Shown here: piece by piece, positions 27,854 to 39,747 of the stretch
Layout: every line of letters starts with the position of its first letter
Numbering within the stretch: the first letter of the stretch is position 1
From: Eledone cirrhosa
Lineage: Eukaryota
Assembly: GCA_964016885.1 (NCBI GenBank)
Contig: OZ024743.1
Coordinates: forward strand, 302,188,001 to 302,252,000
DNA: 64,000 bases
Reading direction: 5' to 3'
Program-made: the position numbers and the translations under genes
The notes under the pieces: model-generated
The model's input: only the letters and a program-made list of their open reading frames with translations
The model's database searches: none
Told to the model about the DNA's origin: nothing

Positions 27854-30800
27854 CTAGCAGAAGTACTCGGCGTTTCCCGGGTGTAAGTCGACCTTTGCTC
27901 TGTTGTTAAAATGTGTGAAAGTTATTTCCCGCGCAAAAACTTTCGAACCTCAAGGAAAAAAACATACATTAGTAGACGCAGGTGTGTAATTGAGTATACA
28001 TAATGGATCAATTGTAGGTTCAGTGTATCGTTGAAATTGTTCTTTGCACGACTGACGGATGTCAAATTCACTTGAAATTGAATTTTCAGTTGATTTTTAA
28101 AGCAGGGTGAAAAAGACGATTTTTTCACAGTTTTTTTTTTTTACAATTTTAGCGCTCACATGTGCAGAAGAAGAAATAAAAGGGACCTTATCAGAACCGC
28201 GGCATGATGCGGAGTCTTTTGCGACAGTTTTCAAGAAACTCGGACGTTCCTGTAAAAAGTGTTCCCATGTGCAACTTTGCCTTGTTTTTTGTGCAGAGTC
28301 GAGCCCCCGCTTCAGCTTTATTGATTTGTTACAGGAATGCGTGACCTCTGAATGTGATTTGAGTAACTAAAAACTTGTCCCGGTAAATTTGCTATAGGTG
28401 AAAGAAAGTTGATTAAAATTGTGTCTAGGGTTATTGCCCTTTGCAACAGCCTCAACATGTCTTCAAGTATGGTTTGTTAATTTGTTGTGGAACTAAATTG
28501 ACTTTCGTGAAATCGGATCGAGGAAAGAATGTTTCCATTTGTCTTTCTAGCTGGTTTCACTCGGCGTTATAGGCGCTGAATTTAAACGGGTCTGCGCTAA
28601 ATTCCAACAGGATGCTTTAACCTAAATAAATGAAGAACAAACGTTTTTTTGTGCTTTAATCTGTGATATTGGTATTTTGAAAAAAATAGTCCACAAACAT
28701 CCATGGAGCATGTGTAACGCATGTATCAGGTTATAAGAAAAACGGTTTTCGATTCTCCATTGATAAGATACCAAATAATTTCACGAAAATAAACCGGGAT
28801 TTCAAGGCACTGTCCAATTCATAACTGAACGTAAGAATCAAGTGGAATAATGTTTTGCGACATTGTAAAATGTACAACCGTACAAAAGCAAATGATATAG
28901 CCATTTGAATCTAGGTAGACCAAATAATTTGGTGGGGTTGTATATGAGAGGATTGTTTTCCTTGTGATTCGCGTGTATCCTACAAAGTGAAGTTAGATGA
29001 TTGTAGTCGGTGTTGTATCAATAAAAATTAAAAGCATACGGAAGACTTAACACTTACGAATGAAGTGAAAATCACGTTGATATTCCTATCGGAGCAACAT
29101 GTACCGAAAAGCCAGACGAACTGTTGTGTCAATATTGAAATCGTAGAAATTGCGAATCCCGGCCTCTAAGATGTAATGGATAGGCCGGCCTTGGAGGTGA
29201 AGAGGAAACATTGGTACAATTGTCTTGCTGAACATGTTGACCATTAATTTAAATAGACTTACGCAGCATCATATTGGCCTAGAATGAATGTCGGTTAAAC
29301 GCGGCAGAAATATAAGCCATGCTGATGATGTTTAGGGGCGTCGCAGGGAATAGATGCGGCGCTGTGAGTCAACTGTGAGGACAGTGGAAGGCACGCTGAT
29401 CGCTTGAGAAAATGCGATGTTACACAGGATGCTTCTCGGCCATAATTGACAGAAAGGCATTTCATGAGAAATGAAAGAGTTGCTATTCATCCTTTGCTTA
29501 GCATGATGAACATGTAATTAAAATGATTTACTATGGACTATCGTGAACGTTGGTACTGTGTTTAGCCTGCGAAAATCGGTGGTCAAATGGGGCAACAATA
29601 AGCCATGCTGATGACGTTTAAGGGGTGGCAAGGAATTGATGCGGCATAGATAGCCATGAACATCTTGAAGGAGCACGGTAGTCAGCAAAAGAAAGGGCCG
29701 ATGAGGGGATGGTGGCTGACAGTGCATGGATGCGGCATCCTGAGGCATGACGATGCAGTGGAACGACGGCCAGCTGGCAAGGAGGAGTTCAGTGGTGAAC
29801 GGTGGCAAGGATGCCGCAATGTGAGACATAGCAGTCTTGAAGGAGCACTGCGGGCAGGCCAAAGAAAGGGTCGAGGAGGGGGATGGTGGCTGACAGAGCA
29901 TTGATGCGGCATGGTGATGCTTGACAATGCAGTGGGACGATGGCGTGCAGGGAACGGAGAAGGCAGGGGTTGACCGCGGTAGGGATGTGACTTGGTCCCT
30001 CAAGACTGCCATGCCTAGGCAGTGGAAAGGGTCTGGGAGTGGATGGCGGCTGACAGGGCAGGGATGCGACATGATGAGGCATGAAGAAAGGGCAGGGTGC
30101 ATGGCGTCTGACAGGGCTTGCATGCGGCATGCCAATTGAGTTGCACCTCGAGAATGTAGAGAGCACCTGGAGGAACGATGATTGTTTGTGAAAACCGGGT
30201 GCAAGGCAGGATGTATATCGGCCATACATGATCGGTAGGCTTTGGAGGAGAATGGGATGAACTTTTTGTTTAATTTTGTTAAATATGGTCAAAATGAATG
30301 TAAACAGACTTACACAGGATCGTCTTCATGTGCGGTGCTGTCTTTCGTCTGAGATAATGGTCGGTTATGTGCCGTGCAGGAATAAACCATGCTGATGACA
30401 TTTGAGCAAGTTGCTGACAAGGCAGGAGTGCCGCATGGTGAGCCATGGCAGTCGTGGGGGACATGGTGTGCGGTAAAAAAAGAGGGCAGGGGATGCGGCT
30501 TGGTGAGGCATGGCAATCTTGAAGGAGCACGGCGGGCAGGCACAATAAAATGGCTGAGGAGGGGATGGCGGCTGACAGATCATGGATGCGGCATGGTGAG
30601 GCATAACGATTTAGTGTGTCGACGGCGTGCAGGGAAGGGAGATCGCCGGGATTGACGGTTGCAGGTATTCCTTATGGTGAGCCATGGCACACGTGAGGGA
30701 CCAAGGTGTGCAGGTAAGGGAGAGGGCAGAGGAGGGCATGGCGGCTCAAAGAGCATGGATGAGGCATGGTAAGGCATGACTATACAGTGGGACTAGGGCG

Positions 30801-31919
30801 TGGGGGGAAGGGAGACGGCAGGACTTGATGGTGGCAGGGATGCGTCTTGGTTAGGCATGGCAGTCTTGAAGGAGCACGGCGGGCAGCAACATAAAGGACT
30901 GAGGAGGGGATGGTGGCCGACAGGGCAGTAATGCGGCATGGTGAGGCATGACGATGCAGTGGGACGACGACGTGCAGGGAAGGGAGAGGGCAGTGTTTGG
31001 TGGTGGCAGGAATGTGGCTTGGTAAGGCATGGAAGTCTTGAGCTCTCCCAGAGTGTAGGCAATGGAAATGGGCAGGGGTGGACGGTGGCAGGGATTCGGC
31101 ATGTTGAACCGTGGCTGTCCTTGTGGACCACGGAGAGCAGGCAATGTAAAGGGCAGGGTACTGGATTGCGGATGACAGGGCAGAGATGCGCATGGTGATG
31201 CACAACGATTCAGTGGGTCGACGGCACTGCAGGGAAGGGAGAGGGCAGGGGTTGACGGATGCCTCATTACGCTACTGTAGTGTGACCCACGGGAATGAAG
31301 AGAGCGCATGGAGGCTCGATGATCGCTTCAGAAGACTGGGCGCAATACAGGATGATGCGCGGCGGTTTAGTCTTGAGAGTCCTTATATAAGAAATGGAAG
31401 AATCGGCATAAAAGGTTTGATGAATATGGTGAGCGTTAATTTAAAGAGACTTACGTTAATTTAAAGAGACTCCTGATAGATGGAACATTTTTTGCATGGC
31501 GGGAGTCGCGACAAATGGAAGCAAGAAAAATGACGTTTTTCTGTTGCCGATTATTGATTTTTCGAAAGTTTCACGTAGCCCACGTTGATCCTCGTATCAA
31601 AATACATACCTACGTCAAATTTCATTGGAATCGGACAAATTTCGTAAATATAGATGTTTGCCTCTGGTGATCCAATTATCGATTTTTCGAAGATTTAATG
31701 TAGCCCAGGTTTATCCCCGGATGAAAATACACACTTGCGTCGAGTTTCATAGAAATCGGAGGATTTATGAAAATATTAATTTTTTGAAAATTTTTAGTAG
31801 CCTATTCCAATCTACGGGTCGAGTTTTATATGTGTCAAGTTTCATGAAAATCGGATGAACGGTGTAGCCCTCATGTTCGGGACACCAAACAAACAAACAA
31901 ACAAACAACGCCCAACTTC

Positions 31920-31925
<6 letters not shown>
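27854..31925 (-). mobile_element. Non-autonomous Helitron-like element (Lep1/HINE-type ends)
   Basis: The minus-strand 3' end has a GC hairpin (cccgggaaacgccgag) then CTAG followed by T. The other end has tttcatgaaaatcgg...(AAAC)n..tttatata, with ~120-bp subterminal repeats at 31555-31860. Inserted in (TA)n. Confidence 0.72.
29560..31300. repeat. GC-rich degenerate minisatellite inside the Helitron
   Basis: gaaggagcac...gggatggtggctgacag...atgcggcatggtgaggcatgacgatgcagtggga recurs at ~29667, 29840, 30521 and 30868; unit ~170 bp with sub-repeats. Confidence 0.8.
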
Positions 31926-31958
<33 letters not shown>

Positions 31959-34596
31959 GTGTGTGTGTGTGATTGTGCGTGGGTGTGTTTGGGTTTGTGT
32001 GTGTGTCAGAAACTCATTATGGTATGGAATACACATGTGTTGCAGCTTATTATGTTGTACAAAGAGAGTGATCTGCCAAGGTTACTATGATTATCCCGAC
32101 TGATAGACAACGATACCATCAGTAATTTAAAACAGTTATGTAGCCTCGTTATTTGTGATAGATATCCACTCTTCCGATTAACTTTAAAAATGTGTTAAGA
32201 TTCTATTTTCGCCAAAAGATATTTATTTAGCCACAGAATATGAAAGGTATCCTGATAAAATTACTTTATTTTGTCATTATTCTCTTTTCTAAAAGAAATA
32301 CTGTTATAATTAATATTAACATAGAGATGACTAGTCCATAGAATAACATGCAAAAATACGTTTAACATATATAAAATTGAAACGAACTATGTATGTTGGA
32401 CCAAATGTGTTAAATGAAGCCATCTCATACGGATATTTTTAACCATAAAATCAATTCGCCAATTTTATTCACGTTTCAATTGATTTTTATTAACTATTCG
32501 CAATTTTGGAGTTTATTAAAACTTTAAAACTTGTAATGATTCTTCAGAAATCGGGAAAAATAGCAGAATTATATAAAGTAGAAAAAAGCTCCTCAAATAG
32601 AGACATTATCTTTGCATCAATTAATTACGACTTCATCTGGATAATTAAAAGAAAACTCAACAAATTAATAAGGTAGAATTTTATTGCGTCTTGGACAGAT
32701 TCTTTATAGCTTTTTCATAACTTTTCGAAGTGTATTGTGTATTCATGTTGATGTGGATGCTGTTAACTTCTAAAATCTCTATTAAAGAAAGATACTACGA
32801 ATATGCGTATTTAAATTAGAGATTATTTCTTGATTAAAAGACATCCGCGGCTGTTAGTAAAACAGCTATAAAAATAAACCGATTTAGTATCATCGAAAAA
32901 TTTAAAATCGTGGGGCCAATATATATAGTAATAATTAACACTATAATTATTTCTAAATGTGATATAGCTGTTAGATTCTTCCCCAGTATACAAATAGTGC
33001 TTATTTTATGGACAATGATTGCATAAATGCAAAGTCGATGCTAATTCATTTCGAATTTTATGAACTAACGTTTTACGTAAATAACTTGGTGGATATCTAT
33101 CGTATGTTTTAAGATTTCTCCCCACCTATCTTACCATCATAATTAATACCGCTTCTAAAGTTGAGCAATTTATGAGACGCGTGTAAAAGTTTGAATCGAA
33201 CCAATAATTTGCTGTTAAATGTTATTTACTATATAACAGCTGCGTGTAGATTTAGAGATTCGAAAATAAAACCAACCTCTGTATTTAATTCTTAAACATT
33301 ATACTTGCTCATTACAAGAAGGTAATAATACAATGAATGTATTTCAAATTCAAGACGCACAATCAATTATTACAGTGCCTCTGATTAGGAAAAGTGCAAT
33401 TTGTATGTTCGTTTAATGCCATATTATGAATAGCTAAATTGAGGTAATATAAAATAAAACAATCGATTAGAAATCTAAATATTTACTACAAATTGATATC
33501 TTTGTGAAATAAATCATCTCCCAAATATTGTCAATCAGATGAATACTCTATATAGGATGCCATTTCACAGAAACATTATACAACATTATCTATGTATACT
33601 ACATATAGCTTGCAAAACAGAAAATCCCTTTTATCAATTGTCGATTCGAGATCTCAAAGAGTTTATCAACTCTCAGATGTATCGCTCCATCCAGCATTAT
33701 AGATTTGATCAGGAAATATTCTAGTTTGCTCATACTCTAAACGAATGTGTTCTTTTGTTCTACATGCAATCATCATATACCTGGGTTCTGTTGCAACTTC
33801 TGCTTCATTCTACATTTTAAATATAACTACTCTCCTTCATGTGTTGAATGCCGCACAGGTAGGCCAGAGTAGATGGATCAATAAATTTACATCATTCCAC
33901 AGCTTGTGGGAGTAATGTACACTGCCATTTAGTGTTTCACATGATTTCTTATGTTCTTAAAATTTCAAATACGTTCTGTCGTGTACTCACACCGTATTTA
34001 GTTCCAAAGATACTGTTATATCCCCTATAATGAAAGTATTGTGAGGTCAAACAGGTAGTTAGTTTAGAGATTTGTGTTATTCAAGAAATATGAACCTGGA
34101 GTACGTTTCATATTTCAAATATTGATTTGCCCCTTCTTTCATTAGCAAGTTCAAACGGTTATTTTGATTACGCTATATGCCTGATTTCTCCGTTTATACA
34201 ATATTTGTAAATGATGTGTTAATACATCAATGCTCTACTCTACGCATATAATATCTAAAACAAAGTTTTGATGACAATTTTAACAATTTTCGTTCGGCCT
34301 AAGAACATGCACAAATATTTAGTCGACATCGAGGCTATGAGTATAGAGACAGGAAGAAATATCACTAATAACGTCAGAGAAAGTGGAATGGTAGAGCTTG
34401 GATTTATTGATAAATATATGATTTTTGTTTTTCTTCCAATATTGGCTATCTCAATGATTTGAAGAAACTGGTAATGTTTCTATTATTCTTGAAGCCATGG
34501 TAGGCAGAAAAGAATATGAGTTAGACTAATTATTATCTGACATACGTTCGCTTGAATAAATTTAGGGGGCATAAGTCATATATATATAAATAGTTT

Positions 34597-34750
34597 TAAT
34601 ATAGATGAGATTCTACAGGACTAGAACGGTTTCATTCTTGAATGAAACATTTCTAGTCCTGTAGAATCTCATCTATATTAACTCTTGTATACGCTGCTAT
34701 GTATTGAGTACCTTACTTACTGAGGTTACGTCCGATTCAACCCGGAATGA
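34597..34750. mobile_element. Short fold-back PLE terminus (family shared with 42979 and 45459)
   Basis: Hairpin atagatgagattctacaggactagaa..ttcatt / aatgaaaca.ttctagtcctgtagaatctcatctat. Confidence 0.85.
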
Positions 34751-34757
34751 CTTACCC

Positions 34758-34941
<184 letters not shown>

Positions 34942-35775
34942 AATACTGAAGTAAACTTTTGATACTCATTTATATTAACCATATAAGTTAGGGACTATTT
35001 TGAGACACAATTTAATAGTTAGTAATAGAAACCACTGAGTTACCTCCCCTCATGCATTAACTCCCCTTAGCCACACACACACATTCCGGGTAATAATTCC
35101 ATGTCGATTATCGCAACGTAACTACCTACTGTATTGAGCTAAAGAACATCAGACTACGATTCTCTAACAGGATTGACAAACGCCCAATATCGAATCGTCG
35201 TGGATTATGTTAGGGGCATATAATCTGAAAAATACGCACCCCGGAATATGAAAATGTCGCAGTGCATGAAATCCATATCATCGCTTCGCTACGCATTTCC
35301 AATATTTTTAATGCTTACATTATGTTTAATGCTTATATTATTTCTCCACGCACAGGCTATAACAATCATATAAAGAATGCATTACCAGATCAACCCCCTT
35401 AACACTCTTGATTACCTGCTTAAGTGCTTCTATTACACGTAACTCTCTGCCACACTATATAAACAAGACGCACGTGCTTGCCACGCGTATAACTATTGCA
35501 CTCTATAACCGCTTAATTTCATGTTGTATTTTAACCTGTATTTTTGATTGTATCTTTTAATATGAATGTAATCTCTAAATGTGTACTGCCACACTAAATG
35601 CTGTAATGAATGTTGACCCACAATATTTGCATATGTTTCTGTATGTCTCTTGGGTGAAAAGGAGGTCATATAAGTGTTCATTCAATAATAAATTGATCCG
35701 AAGAATCCAAACCTCGGTTTGGAGCAAACAGTTGTAAGCATAAAACTGTTTTGAACAGTTCTTTGATTCTTATAA

Positions 35776-35813
<38 letters not shown>

Positions 35814-35864
35814 TATATATATTTACATATATATATTATACATATATATATGTAACTTCATACA

Positions 35865-38035
35865 ATTCGATATAAACGATTACTATGCGTCCATATTCCC
35901 AGCCAACCTAGATAAAGCGCTTATATTTGCCCAAAATAACTCCGATGTTACCCCTGATGAAATTGAAATAATAATAGCAGCTAGAAGGACATCATAAAAT
36001 TTGAAAATAGCTACTGGGTAAGAAAAGATAGGATAAACAGCTTCGATATCACAATGGGATCAAATGACTCAGCGCAAATCGCTGACGCCGTGGGGCTATT
36101 TATAGCACACGACCTACATAAAGAATTCAGTAACCTCTAAGGAGGGATTTATAGAGATGACACGCTCATTATAGCTAGGAACTTAAACAACCAGAGCATG
36201 GAAAGATTAATAAAAAACATTAGAACATTCTTAAAAAAACTAGGCCTAAGTATTACCTACGAACTGACCCATAAACAGGTAAACTTTCTATGTGGCTGTA
36301 AATCTAAATTCGGGATTAATAGAACCCTTCCACAAAAATAATGAGAATCTGGCCTACATTATTTATAATTCAAACCACCCCAGATACATAATCAGATCTG
36401 CAAATATAAAATCACACATACGCAAGATCAACCACAGAAATACCTCTAGGGAAACCGTCCCACCTATGCGCAACATAGCACCAAATTCATAAACACATCA
36501 CAGTATCACAACCGCAAACGCATACAAGCACGCAGCAGCGAAACCTCAACGGGCACGAATCACAACCCACTTATAGCAGTGTGCAAAACAGCACTGTGGA
36601 AGCTGCATGGAATAACACCTGAAACTGCAACTGTCACCTATCGGATAGGTGCCCATTGGCGAACAGATGCCTTGATTCGAGCCTAGTGAACATGTGTACG
36701 GTGATCTCCGGCAACTGCACTTGGCATTACATTGTATCCACAGCAGGTACTTTTACAAAAAGACGGTATGTGCACAGACACTCGATGAAGAACCGTGCAG
36801 TTATAGGTTCTACAACCCTCGCCAAAAAAATATGGGAACTTAAGGACAATAGCACCAACTACAATATCAAATGTTCGAGGTTGTCGGCCTCAAGGGCATA
36901 CGGTACCGGTATGTCCTATTGTAGGTTCTGTGATCTTGAATTACTGTATAACCTTAGGAATGAAAAAAAGTTCACTCGACAACAAGATAGAAAGATCAAT
37001 GTTCTGCAGATGCAGGATCGCCACTAAATTCACAAGATTTAAGCCACCGTGAATCGAACCAACATAATTTAGCATTCAACATATGATATCCACGATATTA
37101 CACGGACCAGCACATAACTTTAATGCTCATTAAGCAGATTCTAATCTTCTCAAATCTATACCACAGCAATGTCTGCATATATCTTATCAACCCATAAATA
37201 TATCCCCTCTCAGATGCTGTCAACACAACTTCCTCAGCCTTGATTCTCAACGGATGAACCTAATTCCAAGTACATTTTCAGAATACTACCACAGTAAAAC
37301 ATCACCTTCCTCCTGTTGTTATAATTGTAGTCAGCATGGTTTCTCTCTATATATTGCCTCCTTACCCTCTGTATTAACTTACCTATTATATTGCTACTAT
37401 GTTAATGTTATCTTATACATGTATGTTATTGATGATGTGAAAGCTAAACAACCCCATGATTCGAACTAACAAAGCCTTCATCTAATATAGACCACATAAA
37501 TATTGAAACCACTTCACACCACACAAATTACTATCCTCACTACAAAGATAAATATCTTATCTGTCAGATAATAAATAATTCTTACGGTCACCAAACCTAC
37601 GGAAAAGGAAATGGTACATTGTTTAAAGCCCCGGATTATCTCTACACTATATATAATACACCCATGACAGCTTTTACATGTCAATTTCATATATCTGCCT
37701 CAACTCAATTCGTTTTTCATGCTAACGTCTTAAGTATACTCTATGTCTTACTTAGATTGATGTTGTGATTATTTCAAATAATGTATTGCTAGCACTGTTA
37801 GTATTGTTGTTATTGTTCTGATTGAATGCCACTACTATATATAGAAGCCATGCCTGTGTATACCCTTCATTCTCGTTAGCTCTGATGAATTGACTTGTTA
37901 CAACTATGTATTGGTGATCGATTGACGCGAAAACAGGCGGGTAGCGATCTCTAGACCTACCAGTCCAGAGAAACAATTGTCAGCAAAGTGATTAAAAACC
38001 TGTTTTGAATAGCAAACCGTGTCACTCTTCTTTCT
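35865..38035 (+). mobile_element. Penelope-like element, Naiad-like, decayed RT + endonuclease + HHR tail
   Basis: Fragments read DINDYYASI, SFDITMGSNDSAQIADAVGLFI, GIYRDDTL, VNFL, PFHK..LAYI..SNHP, CNC..RCPLANRCL, YIVSTAGTFTKR, TTLAKKIWELK and YCRFCDLE, with stops and frameshifts. Confidence 0.85.
37879..37984 (+). ncRNA. HHR with 81-nt stem II insert at the Naiad-like PLE 3' end
   Basis: gct-CTGATGA-[81 nt]-GAAAC-AATT-GTC-agc. Confidence 0.7.
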
Positions 38036-38082
38036 TGATATATATATCTATATCTATCTATCTATATATATGTATTAATATT

Positions 38083-39356
38083 AATGGAATCGAATGAAAC
38101 GAAATTTCATTTCTCCCTCTTAGTACGGCACTTACTTAAATGTAAGTATGCATGTATGTATACGTACATACATATATGTATACAGACGTACAGTAGTATG
38201 TATATATATACATACATGCACACATATATATATATATGCACGTATCGATTTACCGAACGTTTATTATAATGCTCAGTTTGTCCATTTGTAAACAAACAAA
38301 CAGCCCGAGTTACGCCGTACAGTGTTTAGGCAACCTCGTCACATTTTTGTTCAACACTGACACAGGAACGATGTACTTGTTTCAAGCTTAATAGCTATCG
38401 TCAGCATCGTATATCTTCCTGCCAGATGGTTGAACGTCTGAAAGTATATACTTTCCATATGCATATTAACGGCTCAGCAGCCTAATTTGCATATCGAGTG
38501 AGTTCAGTTGGCCGGGCACACCGTAAACGATAAATGGAATAGAATGAAACGAAATTTCATTTCTCACTCTTATACGGCACTTACTTAAATGTAAGTATGC
38601 ATGTATGTATACGTACATACCTATATATATATACAGACGTACAGTAGTATGTATATATATATATATACATACGTGCACACATATATATATGCACGTAATT
38701 ATTTACCGAACATTTATTATAATACTCGGTTTGTCCGTTTTAAACAAACAAACAGCCTGAATTTCGCCGTACAGTGTTTAGGCAACAACGTCAACATTTT
38801 CTTCAACACTAACACAAGAACCATGTACTAGTTTCAAGCTTATTAGCTATCGTCTGCATCGTATACCTTCCTGCCGGACAAACCGAGCATTATAATAAAT
38901 GTTCGGTAACCGACACGTGCATATATGTATGTGTGTGCATGTATGTATATATATATATATATACATACTACCGTACGTCTTTCTACATATATGTATGTAC
39001 GTATACATACATGCATACTAAGAGTGAGAAATGAAATTTCGTTTCATTCTATTCCATTTATCGTTTTCCGTGTGCCCGGCTGACTGATCTCACTCGATAT
39101 GCAAATTAGGCTGATCAGCCGTTAATATGCATAAGGAAAGTATATACTTTCAGACGTTCAACCGTCTGGCAGGAAGGTATACGATGCTGACGATAGCTAA
39201 TAAGCTTGAAACTAGTACATCGTTCCTGTGTCAGTGTTGAAGAAAAAGGTGACGGAGTTGCCTAAACACTGTACGGCGTAATTCGGGCCATTTGTTTGTT
39301 TACGGTCAAACCGAGCATTATAATAAATGTTCGGTAAACCGATACGTGCATATATA
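38083..39356. mobile_element. Retrozyme-like ~430-450-bp HHR repeat: ~1.8 tandem units on minus plus ~1.1 inverted unit on plus
   Basis: Units start at ~38083 and ~38533, with an inverted copy at 38879-39356 that has terminal redundancy (caaaccgagcattataataaatgttcggtaa at 38879 and 39307). One HHR per unit, no ORF. Confidence 0.8.
39181..39223 (+). ncRNA. Canonical minimal type I hammerhead ribozyme
   Basis: acgatg-CTGACGA-tagctaataagctt-GAAA-CTA-GTA-catcgt. Minus-strand copies lie at 38368-38410 (intact core) and 38820-38862 (CAGACGA). Confidence 0.87.
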
Positions 39357-39389
39357 TAGGTATTAATATTGATGCTCTGAAATAGCGAT

Positions 39390-39705
39390 GTATATTTGAA
39401 TGTATGTATAGTATATTTGGCAATATACTTAACGTTTAATTAAAAACATTTAGAAGACCATTTTTGGTGGACCGGCAATCGCTCTGTATTATTACTAGAA
39501 TTCTATAATTTTCGGCAAAGACAGCGGAATTTGTGGTCTTGATAAACGCTCACAAGTGAGAAACAGACTATCTGTCGGCCACTATCTGTTACTTTTGCCG
39601 TGATTTAATAAGTGCCATAGTCACAACTTTAAAACTCATAGCGAATGATCTTCTAAATGTTTTTAATTAAACATACAGTATATTGCCAAATATACTATAC
39701 ATACA

Positions 39706-39712
<7 letters not shown>
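39390..39712. mobile_element. Fold-back element with an internal degenerate HHR (39533-39582)
   Basis: Arms 39390-39463 and 39643-39712. HHR reads gtggtc-TTGATAA-..tcacaagtga-GAAACAGA cta TCTGTC-ggccac. Confidence 0.7.

Positions 39713-39744
<32 letters not shown>

Positions 39745-39747
<3 letters not shown>

Noticed and set aside
29518-31309. His/Pro/Cys-rich ORFs as a host gene
   Set aside because: Overlapping ORFs in several frames and on both strands arise from the GC-rich minisatellite.
33670-33910. Possible minus-strand exon
   Set aside because: Short open frame with no clear splice pair or recognisable domain.
36600-37030. Selenocysteine recoding in the Naiad-like PLE
   Set aside because: The conserved Cys positions are TGC/TGT, not TGA, and the ATGA..AA..GA pattern at 37885 lacks a convincing SECIS helix.
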